Shown here: in pieces, positions 55,223 through 64,000 of the stretch | Numbering within the stretch: the first letter of the stretch is position 1 | How the letters are laid out: the number at the start of each line of letters is the position of its first letter | Notes under the pieces: model-generated | The model's database searches: none | What the model was told of the DNA's origin: nothing | Seen by the model: only the letters and a program-made list of their open reading frames with translations | IMG/VR virus record: IMGVR_UViG_3300005512_000009 | Span: 29,543 to 93,542 of that record | Source of the DNA: a virus | Taxonomy: Duplodnaviria > Caudoviricetes | Length of the DNA stretch: 64,000 nucleotides | Reading direction: 5' to 3' (one strand) | Program-made: the position numbers and the translations under genes

Positions 55223-55861
55223 ATGTCAAAAAAGTTACAGAATGTCGATGCAGTTAATAAAATGTTAGCTGGAGAGCATAAATTTCAAACAAATAAAACC
55301 CATGGTTTTTCAGAATCTAAAAAAGATACTAAAAAGCGATTAGTTGGAGAAACATGGGAAGAAACAGATCTTAAATCTGGAATCACATATCTTTATGAAC
55401 AAAAAGATGGTTATGTGATGAAAACCAAACGTGGTGCTGAAACACTTCAATCTACCAGAGACTCACTATCAACATTTTCAAAATGTCCTAAAGAAACATG
55501 TACATGTAAATCTCCTAATCATTTAGATCGTAAAATGAAAACGATACATGGTATGTGTTTTGATTGTGTCATTGAAATGGAAAATAAACTTCGTATTGAA
55601 GGTAAATTTAATGAGTACGCAATAAATAAAATGACAACAAACGCAACAGAATGGATTAAGCGAGCTGAACAAGATGTTGAACTACTAAAACAAGCATATA
55701 CTAGGACGTATGAAGTTGTATCGAATGCAGATGGTAAAACAGAAACAGTTGATGCAAGAATGACTCCGGCAGAATTTGCTGACAAAGTAGAACGAGAATT
55801 TCAAGAGTATCGCGAAAAATTCATGCAAGAAGTTGCAAAATTGGAGACTAAAGATGATTAA
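55223..55861 (+). CDS. conserved hypothetical protein (Zn-binding)
   Basis: CPKETCTC...HGMCFDC. Confidence 0.8.
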   Translation: MSKKLQNVDAVNKMLAGEHKFQTNKTHGFSESKKDTKKRLVGETWEETDLKSGITYLYEQKDGYVMKTKRGAETLQSTRDSLSTFSKCPKETCTCKSPNHLDRKMKTIHGMCFDCVIEMENKLRIEGKFNEYAINKMTTNATEWIKRAEQDVELLKQAYTRTYEVVSNADGKTETVDARMTPAEFADKVEREFQEYREKFMQEVAKLETKDD

Positions 55862-56255
55862 AGAGTTATTATTAAAACTATGGAATTGGTTGAAAAACCA
55901 AACTGAAATCGATGAAAAAATCGAAGAAAAAGTTGATGATATCAAAGAAGATTTTGATGATGTTGTAAAAGAAGTTAAAAGAAGATACAACAGAGTTAAA
56001 GAAGAAATCGATGATGTAAAAGAATCAGCATCAGAAGTTATTAAACAAGTTGATGATGTTGCAAAAGCAGTGGGTGGTTCTAAGAGAAAAGGTAGAAAAC
56101 CTTCTACAAAGAAAATCACTAAGAGTGCTCTTCGTGCAATGAAAAAGGCAGAATTAATTACAACTGCTAAAAAAGAATTCAAAATAGATTTAGATTCTAA
56201 ACTAACAAAATCAAACTTAGTAAACAAGGTTTATGAGTTATATCATAAAAAATAA
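55854..56255 (+). CDS. hypothetical protein (C-terminal Rho-N/HeH-like helix pair)
   Basis: LRAMKKAELIT.AK...LTKSNLV. Confidence 0.7.
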   Translation: MIKELLLKLWNWLKNQTEIDEKIEEKVDDIKEDFDDVVKEVKRRYNRVKEEIDDVKESASEVIKQVDDVAKAVGGSKRKGRKPSTKKITKSALRAMKKAELITTAKKEFKIDLDSKLTKSNLVNKVYELYHKK

Positions 56256-56875
56256 TGAATCAGTTTTTCAGTAACATAAAGAACATCATCATAGTGGTAT
56301 TGATTGTAATAATCATTATCATGCAACAATGTTCTGGTCCATCAATCGATTTCAACTTATTTAGTAAGAAAAACAAACAACCCGATGCTGTTGAAGGAAC
56401 TGTTATTACCAAAATAGAAACAAAATGGGATACTGTAAAATTTGATAGCTTAGTTTATGTTCCTAAATGGAGAGTAAGAGTTGATACGGTACATGATACA
56501 ACCTTAAAGGATATTGATACACTTTCAGTATTAAAAGATTATTACGCAAAGTATTTTTATACGGATACATTAGATTTAGATTCATTAGGTAATATCATAA
56601 TCAATGATACTATATCACAAAACTCAATCATATTCAGAGAAATCAATCCAAACATTTATATTCCGACTACAATCATAAAAAGAGATTCACTTATTTCAAA
56701 AAATGAATTTTATTATGGATTTGGTTTAGCAGGAAACCAACAACAATTCAGTTACATTGGTGGTGAGTTACTTTGGAGAAGTAAACGTAAGCGTGTTTTT
56801 GGGGTTGGGTTAGGCATCAATCAAAATCTTCAACCGGTTGGTTCTCTAAGATTGATGTGGAAGATTGGTAAATAA
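56255..56875 (+). CDS. membrane-anchored envelope protein, possible spanin
   Basis: N-terminal TM ending QQC, many D[ST]-hydrophobic triplets, C-terminal amphipathic beta strands. Confidence 0.55.
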   Translation: MNQFFSNIKNIIIVVLIVIIIIMQQCSGPSIDFNLFSKKNKQPDAVEGTVITKIETKWDTVKFDSLVYVPKWRVRVDTVHDTTLKDIDTLSVLKDYYAKYFYTDTLDLDSLGNIIINDTISQNSIIFREINPNIYIPTTIIKRDSLISKNEFYYGFGLAGNQQQFSYIGGELLWRSKRKRVFGVGLGINQNLQPVGSLRLMWKIGK

Positions 56876-56878
56876 TTT

Positions 56879-58462
56879 ATGGCAGCACAAAAAGACATAA
56901 AACAAATAATCGCGGAACAGTACCAAAAATGTGCTTCAGATCCCGTCTTTTTTATGCGTAATTATTGTTATATTCAACATCCTGTTAAAGGAAAAATAAA
57001 ATTTAATCTTTATCCATTCCAGGAACAATCCTTAACGGATTTACGTGATAGTAGATATAATATTATATTGAAGTCCCGACAGTTAGGTATATCAACATTA
57101 TCTGCAGGATATGCTCTCTGGGCAATGTTGTTCAATGAAGATTTCAACGTACTTGTTATTGCAACAACACAAGAAGTAGCAAAGAACCTTGTTACAAAAG
57201 TGCAAGTAATGCATGATAATTTACCTTCATGGTTAAAAGGTAATATGACAGCAAACAACAAGTTGTCATTAAAATTTAAAAATGGTTCACAAATAAAAGC
57301 AATTTCTTCAGCATCTACCGGAGCACGTTCAGAAGCATTATCATTATTAATTGTAGATGAAGCTGCATTTATTAGAAACATTGAAGAAATTTGGGTAGCA
57401 TCACAAGCAACTCTATCTACTGGAGGTGGCGCAATAGTACTTTCAACACCTAATGGTATTGGTAATTGGTTTCATCAAACATGGGCAGGTGCTGAATCTG
57501 GGCATAATGGATTCAACACAATTAGACTTAGATGGGATGTACACCCAGAACGAAATCAAGATTGGCGCGATGAACAAACACAACTTTTAGGAGAAAAAGG
57601 CGCAGCACAAGAATGTGATTGTGACTTTATTAGTTCCGGTCACACTGTAATTGATGGTTCAATATTGCAAGAATTTGAATTAAAATGTACGGAGCCTATA
57701 GAACGAAGAGGATATGATAATGGATATTGGATATGGAAATATCCAGATTATTCTAGAGACTATGTAGTAATAGCTGACGTCGCGCGAGGTGATGGAGCTG
57801 ACTTTTCTACATTTCATGTTATTGATGTTGAAACAATAGAACAGGTAGCAGAATATAAAGGAAAACTTCCTCCTAAAGATTTTGGCAACATGTTGATAAG
57901 TGTTGCATCAGAATGGAACAATGCATTACTTGCAATTGAAAATGCAAACATTGGATGGGCTGCAATTCAACCTGCAATAGATAGAGGATATCAAAATCTA
58001 TTTTATACATATAAAGATGATGGATATGTTGATGTAGATATTCAACTCAGAAAAGGATATGATACAAAAGACAAATCAAAAATGGTTCCTGGCGTTTCTA
58101 CTACAGCTAGAACAAGACCATTAATGATATCTGCACTTGAAATGTATATGAGAGAAGGTTCTCCTATTATTCATTCAAAACGACTTATACAAGAACTATT
58201 TGTATTTATTTGGGAAAATGGCAAAGCACAAGCACAACGAGGTTATAACGATGACTTAGTTATGGCATTTGCAATTGGACTTTGGTTACGAGATACATCA
58301 TTAAAATTAAGACAACAAGGCATTGAATTAAATAAACGTGCCTTGACACAGTTACAAAAAACAGATTCGGTTATTTATACAGGAAACAATCGACCAAAAG
58401 ATATTGGGTGGGATTGGGACAATGGCTACGGCAATGAAGATTTGACCTGGCTTATTAAGTAA
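56879..58462 (+). CDS. terL: terminase large subunit (T4 gp17-like)
   Basis: LYPFQ, KSRQLGIST, LIVDEAAF, STPNG, QECDCDF, ADVARG and DDLVMA motifs. Confidence 0.96.
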   Translation: MAAQKDIKQIIAEQYQKCASDPVFFMRNYCYIQHPVKGKIKFNLYPFQEQSLTDLRDSRYNIILKSRQLGISTLSAGYALWAMLFNEDFNVLVIATTQEVAKNLVTKVQVMHDNLPSWLKGNMTANNKLSLKFKNGSQIKAISSASTGARSEALSLLIVDEAAFIRNIEEIWVASQATLSTGGGAIVLSTPNGIGNWFHQTWAGAESGHNGFNTIRLRWDVHPERNQDWRDEQTQLLGEKGAAQECDCDFISSGHTVIDGSILQEFELKCTEPIERRGYDNGYWIWKYPDYSRDYVVIADVARGDGADFSTFHVIDVETIEQVAEYKGKLPPKDFGNMLISVASEWNNALLAIENANIGWAAIQPAIDRGYQNLFYTYKDDGYVDVDIQLRKGYDTKDKSKMVPGVSTTARTRPLMISALEMYMREGSPIIHSKRLIQELFVFIWENGKAQAQRGYNDDLVMAFAIGLWLRDTSLKLRQQGIELNKRALTQLQKTDSVIYTGNNRPKDIGWDWDNGYGNEDLTWLIK

Positions 58463-58495
58463 CTTGATATTTATTTTATATAAAGAATAGATACT

Positions 58496-60343
58496 ATGGC
58501 GTCACTTAGAAAACGATTACAAAACTTATTTTCTACAAATGTAGTTGTCAGAGCTTATGGCAAAGATAAACTTCGTGTAGTTGATACTAACCGCCTTCAA
58601 TCGACAGGTAACTTAACGCAAAGTAAAGTAGCCGACAGATATACAAGACTTCACGGTTCAAACAAGCATCGTGTTGGAGGTATGGGTGGGTATGACTCGA
58701 ATTATTATATGCATCAAAATCGTATGCAGTTATATACTGATTACGAAATGATGGATAAAGATCCTATTATATCTTCAGCTTTAGACATATATGCTGATGA
58801 ATCAACATTAGCAGATCAATTTGGCGATATCTTAACAATCAAATCGTCAGATAGTAGGATCCAAAAAATTCTTTACAGTTTATTTTATGATGTAATGAAC
58901 ATTGAATTCAATCTTTGGCCCTGGATTCGTAACATGGCAAAATATGGTGATTTCTTTTTGAAATTAGATATTGCTGATGAAATTGGTATTTTAAATGTAC
59001 GTCCGTTTTCTTCATATGAAATTGAGAGGTGGGAAGAATTTAATGATAATACAGGTGAGTATGATATTAAATTTAGACACATTGTGTCAGAACAACTTAC
59101 ATATGATGTATTTGAGATAGCACACTTCCGTAATATTTCGGATTCAAATTTCCTTCCATACGGCCGCAGTATGCTAGAAGGCGCACGTCATGAATTTCAA
59201 AAATTAATGCTTTTAGAAGATGCAATGCTTATTCACAGAATCATGCGTGCACCACAAAAGCGTATCTTTAAAATTGATATTGGTAATATTCCGCCTAATG
59301 AAGTTGATGGGTATATGGAACAAGTTATCAATAAAATGAAAAAGATTCCACACGTTGATCCCAAGACTGGTAATTATAACATGAGATTTAATATCAACAA
59401 CATGTTAGAAGATTATTACTTGCCTGTTCGAGGAGGAAATAGTTCAACAGAGATCAATACATTAGAAGGCATGGAATTTACCGGTATTGATGATATTGAA
59501 TATGTAAAACACAAAATGATGGCTGCGTTAAAAGTACCAAAGCCATTTTTAGGATATGATGAAGGTGTAGAAGGTAAATCTACATTAGCATCAATGGATA
59601 TTCGTTTTGCAAGAACAATTGAGCGTCTTCAAAAGATATTTGTTTCTGAATTAACTAAAATTGCAATTATACATTTATATGCACAAGGATATGAAGATAA
59701 AGATTTAGTTAATTTTGAACTTGAACTTACAGCCCCATCTATTATATATGACCAGCAAAAAGTTGCATTAATGAATGAAAAAATTCAATTGGCACAATCA
59801 ATGAAAGATTCAAAATTAGTTTCTCATAGATACATTTATGAATACATATTCAATATGTCAGAAGAAGAATGGTTGCAAGAAAGAAATGATATTACTGAAG
59901 ATATTAAGTTAGGTTTCCGTCAAAATCAAATTGAACAAGAAGGAAATGATCCTACAGTAACAGGTCGTTCATATGGGACACCTCATGATCTAGCAACAGC
60001 TCATATGAGTAGCAACGATGTGGTAGAGCCAGATAAAGGCGGACGTCCGCCAGAAGGAATTAAGTCTGGCCAACACAAGAATGCATTTGGTTGGGATCCG
60101 CTAGGTACAAAACAAATCAAACAAGATTTAGATCCTGAAAATAGAAAATCAGCATTTATTGGTGATCCAAGGTTCTATAGAAGAAATCCAAAGCGTACGA
60201 ATTTCACAACAGAACATTCAGATATCTTAAAAAAAATTAAACCTAAATCACCAAAAATTATTTCAGAAACATTGAATAGTGAACAAAATAACACAGAAAT
60301 GGGTTCGATGTTAGATGAAAACAATATTTTAAATGATGATTAA
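58496..60343 (+). CDS. portal protein (T4 gp20-like)
   Basis: EDAMLIHRIMRAPQKRIFKIDIGN, MLEDYYLPVRG and DIEY...ALKVP motifs. Confidence 0.95.
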   Translation: MASLRKRLQNLFSTNVVVRAYGKDKLRVVDTNRLQSTGNLTQSKVADRYTRLHGSNKHRVGGMGGYDSNYYMHQNRMQLYTDYEMMDKDPIISSALDIYADESTLADQFGDILTIKSSDSRIQKILYSLFYDVMNIEFNLWPWIRNMAKYGDFFLKLDIADEIGILNVRPFSSYEIERWEEFNDNTGEYDIKFRHIVSEQLTYDVFEIAHFRNISDSNFLPYGRSMLEGARHEFQKLMLLEDAMLIHRIMRAPQKRIFKIDIGNIPPNEVDGYMEQVINKMKKIPHVDPKTGNYNMRFNINNMLEDYYLPVRGGNSSTEINTLEGMEFTGIDDIEYVKHKMMAALKVPKPFLGYDEGVEGKSTLASMDIRFARTIERLQKIFVSELTKIAIIHLYAQGYEDKDLVNFELELTAPSIIYDQQKVALMNEKIQLAQSMKDSKLVSHRYIYEYIFNMSEEEWLQERNDITEDIKLGFRQNQIEQEGNDPTVTGRSYGTPHDLATAHMSSNDVVEPDKGGRPPEGIKSGQHKNAFGWDPLGTKQIKQDLDPENRKSAFIGDPRFYRRNPKRTNFTTEHSDILKKIKPKSPKIISETLNSEQNNTEMGSMLDENNILNDD

Positions 60344-60374
60344 TATTTATAAGTAAATATACTTCGGAAGAGTA

Positions 60375-61229
60375 ATGAAAAAACTAAAACATAGCAAGTA
60401 TAAGAACACAGGCATCCTTTTCGAAATGTTGGTTCGGAAACTAACTTCTGAAACAATGACTTCAGACAAATCAGTAACGATTGACATTATTAAAAAGTAT
60501 TTTGGAAAGAACACTGAGTTAGCTAAAGAAATAAAATTATACAATGCAATGCTTAAAGAACAATTTAAGTCTGAAGCAAAAGCATTAGAATACATACGAA
60601 GCTTGAAAGAAGCTCACAAAAAATTAAATAAATCAACACTTCGAAGAGAACGATATAATCTCGTAAAAGAAATTTCTAACAATTTTAAGTTAGATCAAAT
60701 TTCTAAGATTAGAGTTCCTAATTACAAATTGCTAGCTTCAGCATACATTATTTTTGAAAATGACGAGGCAGACAATCCAAAACAAATCATGGAATGCAAA
60801 AGTAATATAGTTGATTCTATCATAACAGAGAGAGCTCAGGCAGAAAAACAAACAGATACTGTATTAGAAGCATTTAAATCACAACCTAAGGATCAGCGTT
60901 TATTAACATATGAATTGCTTGTTGATAAATTTAATAGTAAATATTCAGGTTTAGATGAGAATCAAAAAGGTTTGTTGAACAAATATATTACTAATGTTAA
61001 TGACACAGAAGCATTAAAAGAATATATTCAAACCGTTATTCCCACAATCAAAAAAGGATTGAAGAGTCATGTTTCTCATATCAATGATGCTGCAACACGT
61101 ATTAAAGTAGAGCGTTTAGCAGAAATGCTTTGTGACGTAGAAAATATTAACATTGTAAAAGAATCACACGTATTGAATCTGTTACGTTATTTTGATCTTT
61201 TAAAAGAATTGAATGGAGTACATAAATGA
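60375..61229 (+). CDS. conserved head-module protein
   Basis: HSKYKNTGILFE; lies between portal and protease. Confidence 0.8.
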   Translation: MKKLKHSKYKNTGILFEMLVRKLTSETMTSDKSVTIDIIKKYFGKNTELAKEIKLYNAMLKEQFKSEAKALEYIRSLKEAHKKLNKSTLRRERYNLVKEISNNFKLDQISKIRVPNYKLLASAYIIFENDEADNPKQIMECKSNIVDSIITERAQAEKQTDTVLEAFKSQPKDQRLLTYELLVDKFNSKYSGLDENQKGLLNKYITNVNDTEALKEYIQTVIPTIKKGLKSHVSHINDAATRIKVERLAEMLCDVENINIVKESHVLNLLRYFDLLKELNGVHK

Positions 61230-62131
61230 AATCATTACTAAAAGAAATGGAATCAAAATTCAAAGAGTTGGAAGAACAAGATCAAGACAAGGACGGAGAC
61301 AAAGACTTCGCTGATGTAATGATTGCTCGTATGGTTGCATCTGGTATGTCAAAAGAAGATGCAATTAAAAAAGTAAAAGAAAAACAGTATAATGAACAAT
61401 CGGGAGAAGGTTCGATATCCGTAACAGATCCAGACAAAGCAAAAGAGTTAGCTGATAAAGGAATGGATGTTAAACTAGTAGATGAAGGTCTTCGTGGAGC
61501 ACTTGATGAGCCATATTATATTGAAGTATCTTTAAGAGATGCCCGTAAAGCTCTTAATCTATTTGCTGATAAAAGAAACGGCTATCCAGAAGTTACTATT
61601 TATGGTAGCAATGTATATGCATCGTTTGTTCAAAGTGAAATTGAAGATTTAATGGGTGATTTTGGTGCATATGATATTGAAGTATTAGATTCCACAACTG
61701 ATTGGCAAGGTGATTTTATGAATCCAGAATCAGACGAAGATATTGACGAAGCTTCAACATCATCAGGAGCAGGAGCATACAATACACCAAAAGCATTTTC
61801 TACACCAGAACAAGCTCGCAAGAAAAAGAAAATAAAGTATGCAGGTGTTGCAGAATCAATGGATAAGAAGTATGAACAACTTATTGAATCATACAAAAAA
61901 TTTGCATTAGGTGATTCAAAATCAACACCAGATAAAAAAGTAAAAGAAACGATCAAAGAAGTTTCAAAAAAGCTTCAAGAAATTGAACAACTTGTTCGTT
62001 ATTCTTCTCGTTTAAAAACAGAGTCGGGTTTGTCTCGAGAAGGCTATGGCCCATCTGTCGATAAAGCATTAACAAAAATATCAGAGCGTCTTGTTAAGAT
62101 TTCTGAAAGAGTAAGAGCATTGGGAGAATAA
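61226..62131 (+). CDS. head-module hypothetical protein (acidic)
   Basis: Leader MKSLLKE; DQDKDGDKDF loop; GAGAYNTPKAF. Confidence 0.75.
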   Translation: MKSLLKEMESKFKELEEQDQDKDGDKDFADVMIARMVASGMSKEDAIKKVKEKQYNEQSGEGSISVTDPDKAKELADKGMDVKLVDEGLRGALDEPYYIEVSLRDARKALNLFADKRNGYPEVTIYGSNVYASFVQSEIEDLMGDFGAYDIEVLDSTTDWQGDFMNPESDEDIDEASTSSGAGAYNTPKAFSTPEQARKKKKIKYAGVAESMDKKYEQLIESYKKFALGDSKSTPDKKVKETIKEVSKKLQEIEQLVRYSSRLKTESGLSREGYGPSVDKALTKISERLVKISERVRALGE

Positions 62132-62132
62132 T

Positions 62133-62756
62133 ATGAATAATCTTTTATTAGAATATAAACCATTTCAACCAAAGGTATTGTCAGAGCAAAATGCTAGAGA
62201 ATATGGCGTACCTGGCGGGTTCATTGTTCAAGGAGTACTTCAACGTGCTGGAGCAAAAAACCAAAATGGTAGAATATATCCTAAACATATCTTAGAAAGA
62301 GAATGTAAACGATATATGACAGAATTTATTGGACAGAACAGAGCATTAGGCGAATTAGATCATCCAGAGTCATCAGTCGTGAACTTGAACAACGTATCAC
62401 ATAACATACTTAAGATTTGGTGGAGTGGAGATGATTTGATGGGAACAGTCCAAGTACTTGATACGCCATCAGGAAAGATCCTTAAAACGTTGTTTAAAGA
62501 AGGAATTACATTAGGAATTTCAAGCAGAGGTTTAGGTTCTGTAAAAGAATTATATAAAGAAGGAGCAGTAGAAGTACAAGATGACTTTGAACTTATTGCA
62601 TGGGACTTTGTTTCAAATCCATCAACTCATGGTGCATTTATGCGTCCTTCCAAAATGAATGAGTCTGCAGGAGCTGTAGAAAAAAGATTTAAGTACGCAA
62701 CAACAAATCAAATAATTACATCAATTCTTTGCGATAACGGAAAATGTAGGATATAA
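62133..62756 (+). CDS. prohead core protease (T4 gp21-like)
   Basis: NQNGRIYP, ALGELDHP, VSH, GISSRGLGS and DFVSNPS motifs. Confidence 0.96.
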   Translation: MNNLLLEYKPFQPKVLSEQNAREYGVPGGFIVQGVLQRAGAKNQNGRIYPKHILERECKRYMTEFIGQNRALGELDHPESSVVNLNNVSHNILKIWWSGDDLMGTVQVLDTPSGKILKTLFKEGITLGISSRGLGSVKELYKEGAVEVQDDFELIAWDFVSNPSTHGAFMRPSKMNESAGAVEKRFKYATTNQIITSILCDNGKCRI

Positions 62757-62757
62757 T

Positions 62758-63132
62758 ATGAAAAGCAACTTAAAATATATACTTGAAATGATGGAAGGTG
62801 AACAACAACCTTCATTAACGAAAGAAGAAAAGTCAGAATTTGTTCAGAGCCTAAAAAACTTTTCTGCTATGAGTGAATCTGTATATGGCAAAGGTGATTT
62901 AAAAGAAATTACAGAAAGAGTACGTAACATCATAGAACGTGCTGAAATGATTGTTAATGAGAATGCAGATTGGTTTGACAAAGTATCAATGAATCGTCAT
63001 TTGAAAGAATTGAACGGTTCATATAAAACATTTGAAGCTACCGCACAGGAAATGTCTCAACTTCAAGAAAGACTTGCAATGGCATATGAAGATATAGGAC
63101 AACAATTAAATAAATACTTTGATGTAGAATAA
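62758..63132 (+). CDS. head-module hypothetical protein
   Basis: DWFD...RHLKEL...YEDIG..LNKYF. Confidence 0.75.
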   Translation: MKSNLKYILEMMEGEQQPSLTKEEKSEFVQSLKNFSAMSESVYGKGDLKEITERVRNIIERAEMIVNENADWFDKVSMNRHLKELNGSYKTFEATAQEMSQLQERLAMAYEDIGQQLNKYFDVE

Positions 63133-63133
63133 T

Positions 63134-63162
63134 TTGGTTGTTTGAATATTATTCATTATTAT
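63134..63162 (+). promoter_or_regulatory. Class II promoter upstream of the 63175-rpsU unit
   Basis: TTGGTT-17-TATTAT. Confidence 0.5.
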
Positions 63163-63174
63163 ATATAGGAAACA

Positions 63175-63519
63175 ATGATGAACAAAATTTTGTATAAAGA
63201 ATTTTTTGGGTTGAAAGAAAATAGTATCAAAGAAGCTCAATTAGTAAACAAAATAACTGATTACCAAGGGGGCGTTGTATACAAATTGTTCGATCCATCT
63301 ACCTATGCAGACGTTCGTTCTGACATAGAAAATTTTGCAAATAAAAAAGGATTGCAAGTTATTCAAAATAAATTTGATGCTGAGAAAGGCGTCGGATATA
63401 TGAGATTCACACAAAGTGATGATGTCGGTAAAGACTCGCAAAGAATTCAAGGATTTGTTTCGCAATTACCAGAAGTATCAAAATTCAAATTCAAAGTTAT
63501 AAACAGAAAATCAAAATAG
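63175..63519 (+). CDS. hypothetical protein
   Basis: 114-aa ORF. Confidence 0.7.
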   Translation: MMNKILYKEFFGLKENSIKEAQLVNKITDYQGGVVYKLFDPSTYADVRSDIENFANKKGLQVIQNKFDAEKGVGYMRFTQSDDVGKDSQRIQGFVSQLPEVSKFKFKVINRKSK

Positions 63520-63541
63520 TTAAATTTCAAAAACAAGTTAC

Positions 63542-63778
63542 ATGAGTAAAAAACACAAGTATCATCAATCAATTATTCCAGGATTTGCTTTAGGTGCCGC
63601 TGTTCCAAATGGCGATTTAGGATTTGCATTACGTCTCTGGAAGAAAAAACTTAAAGATTCGGATGTATTGAAAAATCTTAAAGAACGTAAAGAATTCACA
63701 AAACCTAGTGTCAAAAAACGCAAACAAATGTCAGACGCAATTTATTGGCAAAAAGTTCAAGACTCTAGAGAGCAATAA
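63542..63778 (+). CDS. rpsU: ribosomal protein bS21 homologue
   Basis: ALRLWKKKL...LKERKEFTKPSVKKR matches the bS21 core ALRRFK...RE.Y.KPS..R. Confidence 0.9.
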   Translation: MSKKHKYHQSIIPGFALGAAVPNGDLGFALRLWKKKLKDSDVLKNLKERKEFTKPSVKKRKQMSDAIYWQKVQDSREQ

Positions 63779-63836
63779 TATTTTAGTACCACTCCTATAA
63801 TAGGATTATAGGACCGACATATTAATTTATGTTTAT

Positions 63837-63864
63837 GCCCCAGCAGCAATGTTGGGGCTTTTTT
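63837..63864 (+). terminator. Rho-independent terminator after rpsU
   Basis: GCCCCAGCA-GCAA-TGTTGGGGC-TTTTTT. Confidence 0.9.
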
Positions 63865-64000
63865 ACTGTTTTTTTGTACAGCACCATATATATATTAAAA
63901 TACGCTATTCTATCTAATATAGCGTCCCTTGTTAATCAATAACAATATTTTATTAAGATTCCCAATAATCTTATTTCCAAAAAAACATATTTAAGGAGAA

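Larger units (their letters stand above)
6995..60350 (+). promoter_or_regulatory. Dispersed class III (late) element ATATTTAT, at least 18 copies immediately 5' of genes
   Basis: Positions 6995, 8082, 9906, 13455, 18524, 21576(-), 22644, 25793, 28096, 30954, 38312, 40335, 42486, 48312, 51199, 54131, 58467 and 60343. Confidence 0.8.

Noticed and set aside
26909-63465. Numerous minus-strand ORFs (for example 26909-27364, 54677-55066, 55685-56227)
   Set aside because: Antisense shadows of well-supported + strand genes; no promoter motif or recognisable domains.
1-64000. Alternative genetic code (stop-codon reassignment)
   Set aside because: Core genes are full length in code 11, and TAA, TAG and TGA all occur as real stops.

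Overview
This 64 kb window comes from a large, AT-rich, lytic-type tailed dsDNA phage with T4-like head and baseplate genes: terminase gp17, portal gp20, prohead protease gp21, baseplate gp25/gp6 and a gp55-like late sigma factor. It also carries ribosomal protein bS21 beside the head genes. Several signs point to a Bacteroidota host: DUF4294-like, DUF4494-like and Hc1-like genes, a Bacteroidota-type RpoD homologue, and A-rich SD-less starts on early/middle genes. Layout: 1-1.8 kb, end of a middle operon with a 123-bp tandem duplication and an LpxH-like gene remnant. 1.8-2.4 kb, a non-coding control region with a highly structured putative RNA and phased 11-bp repeats. 2.7-6.9 kb, a visibly GC-richer early module with six near-identical promoters, three DnaA boxes, a phage sigma-70 and a closing G-quadruplex tract. 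7-25 kb, accessory genes. 25-43 kb, late sigma and baseplate/tail genes. 43.5-48.3 kb, resolvase, primase and a fused SbcD-SbcC. 48-64 kb, tail protein, an HNH-split nucleotidyltransferase/ligase gene, terminase, portal, protease and bS21. Main observations: (1) three promoter classes that match two phage sigma factors, including a late element ATATTTAT that is the reverse complement of the T4 late box; (2) SD sequences largely confined to late genes, together with a phage bS21; (3) a shared MIKLKSLL-x-E N-terminal leader on about 15 unrelated late proteins, including a kinase and a nucleotidyltransferase, that looks like a capsid-targeting and cleavage signal; (4) a free-standing HNH gene that split a polyprotein at such a cleavage site; (5) an unclassified pseudoknot-capable RNA. 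All family assignments come from motif recognition by eye, not database searches.
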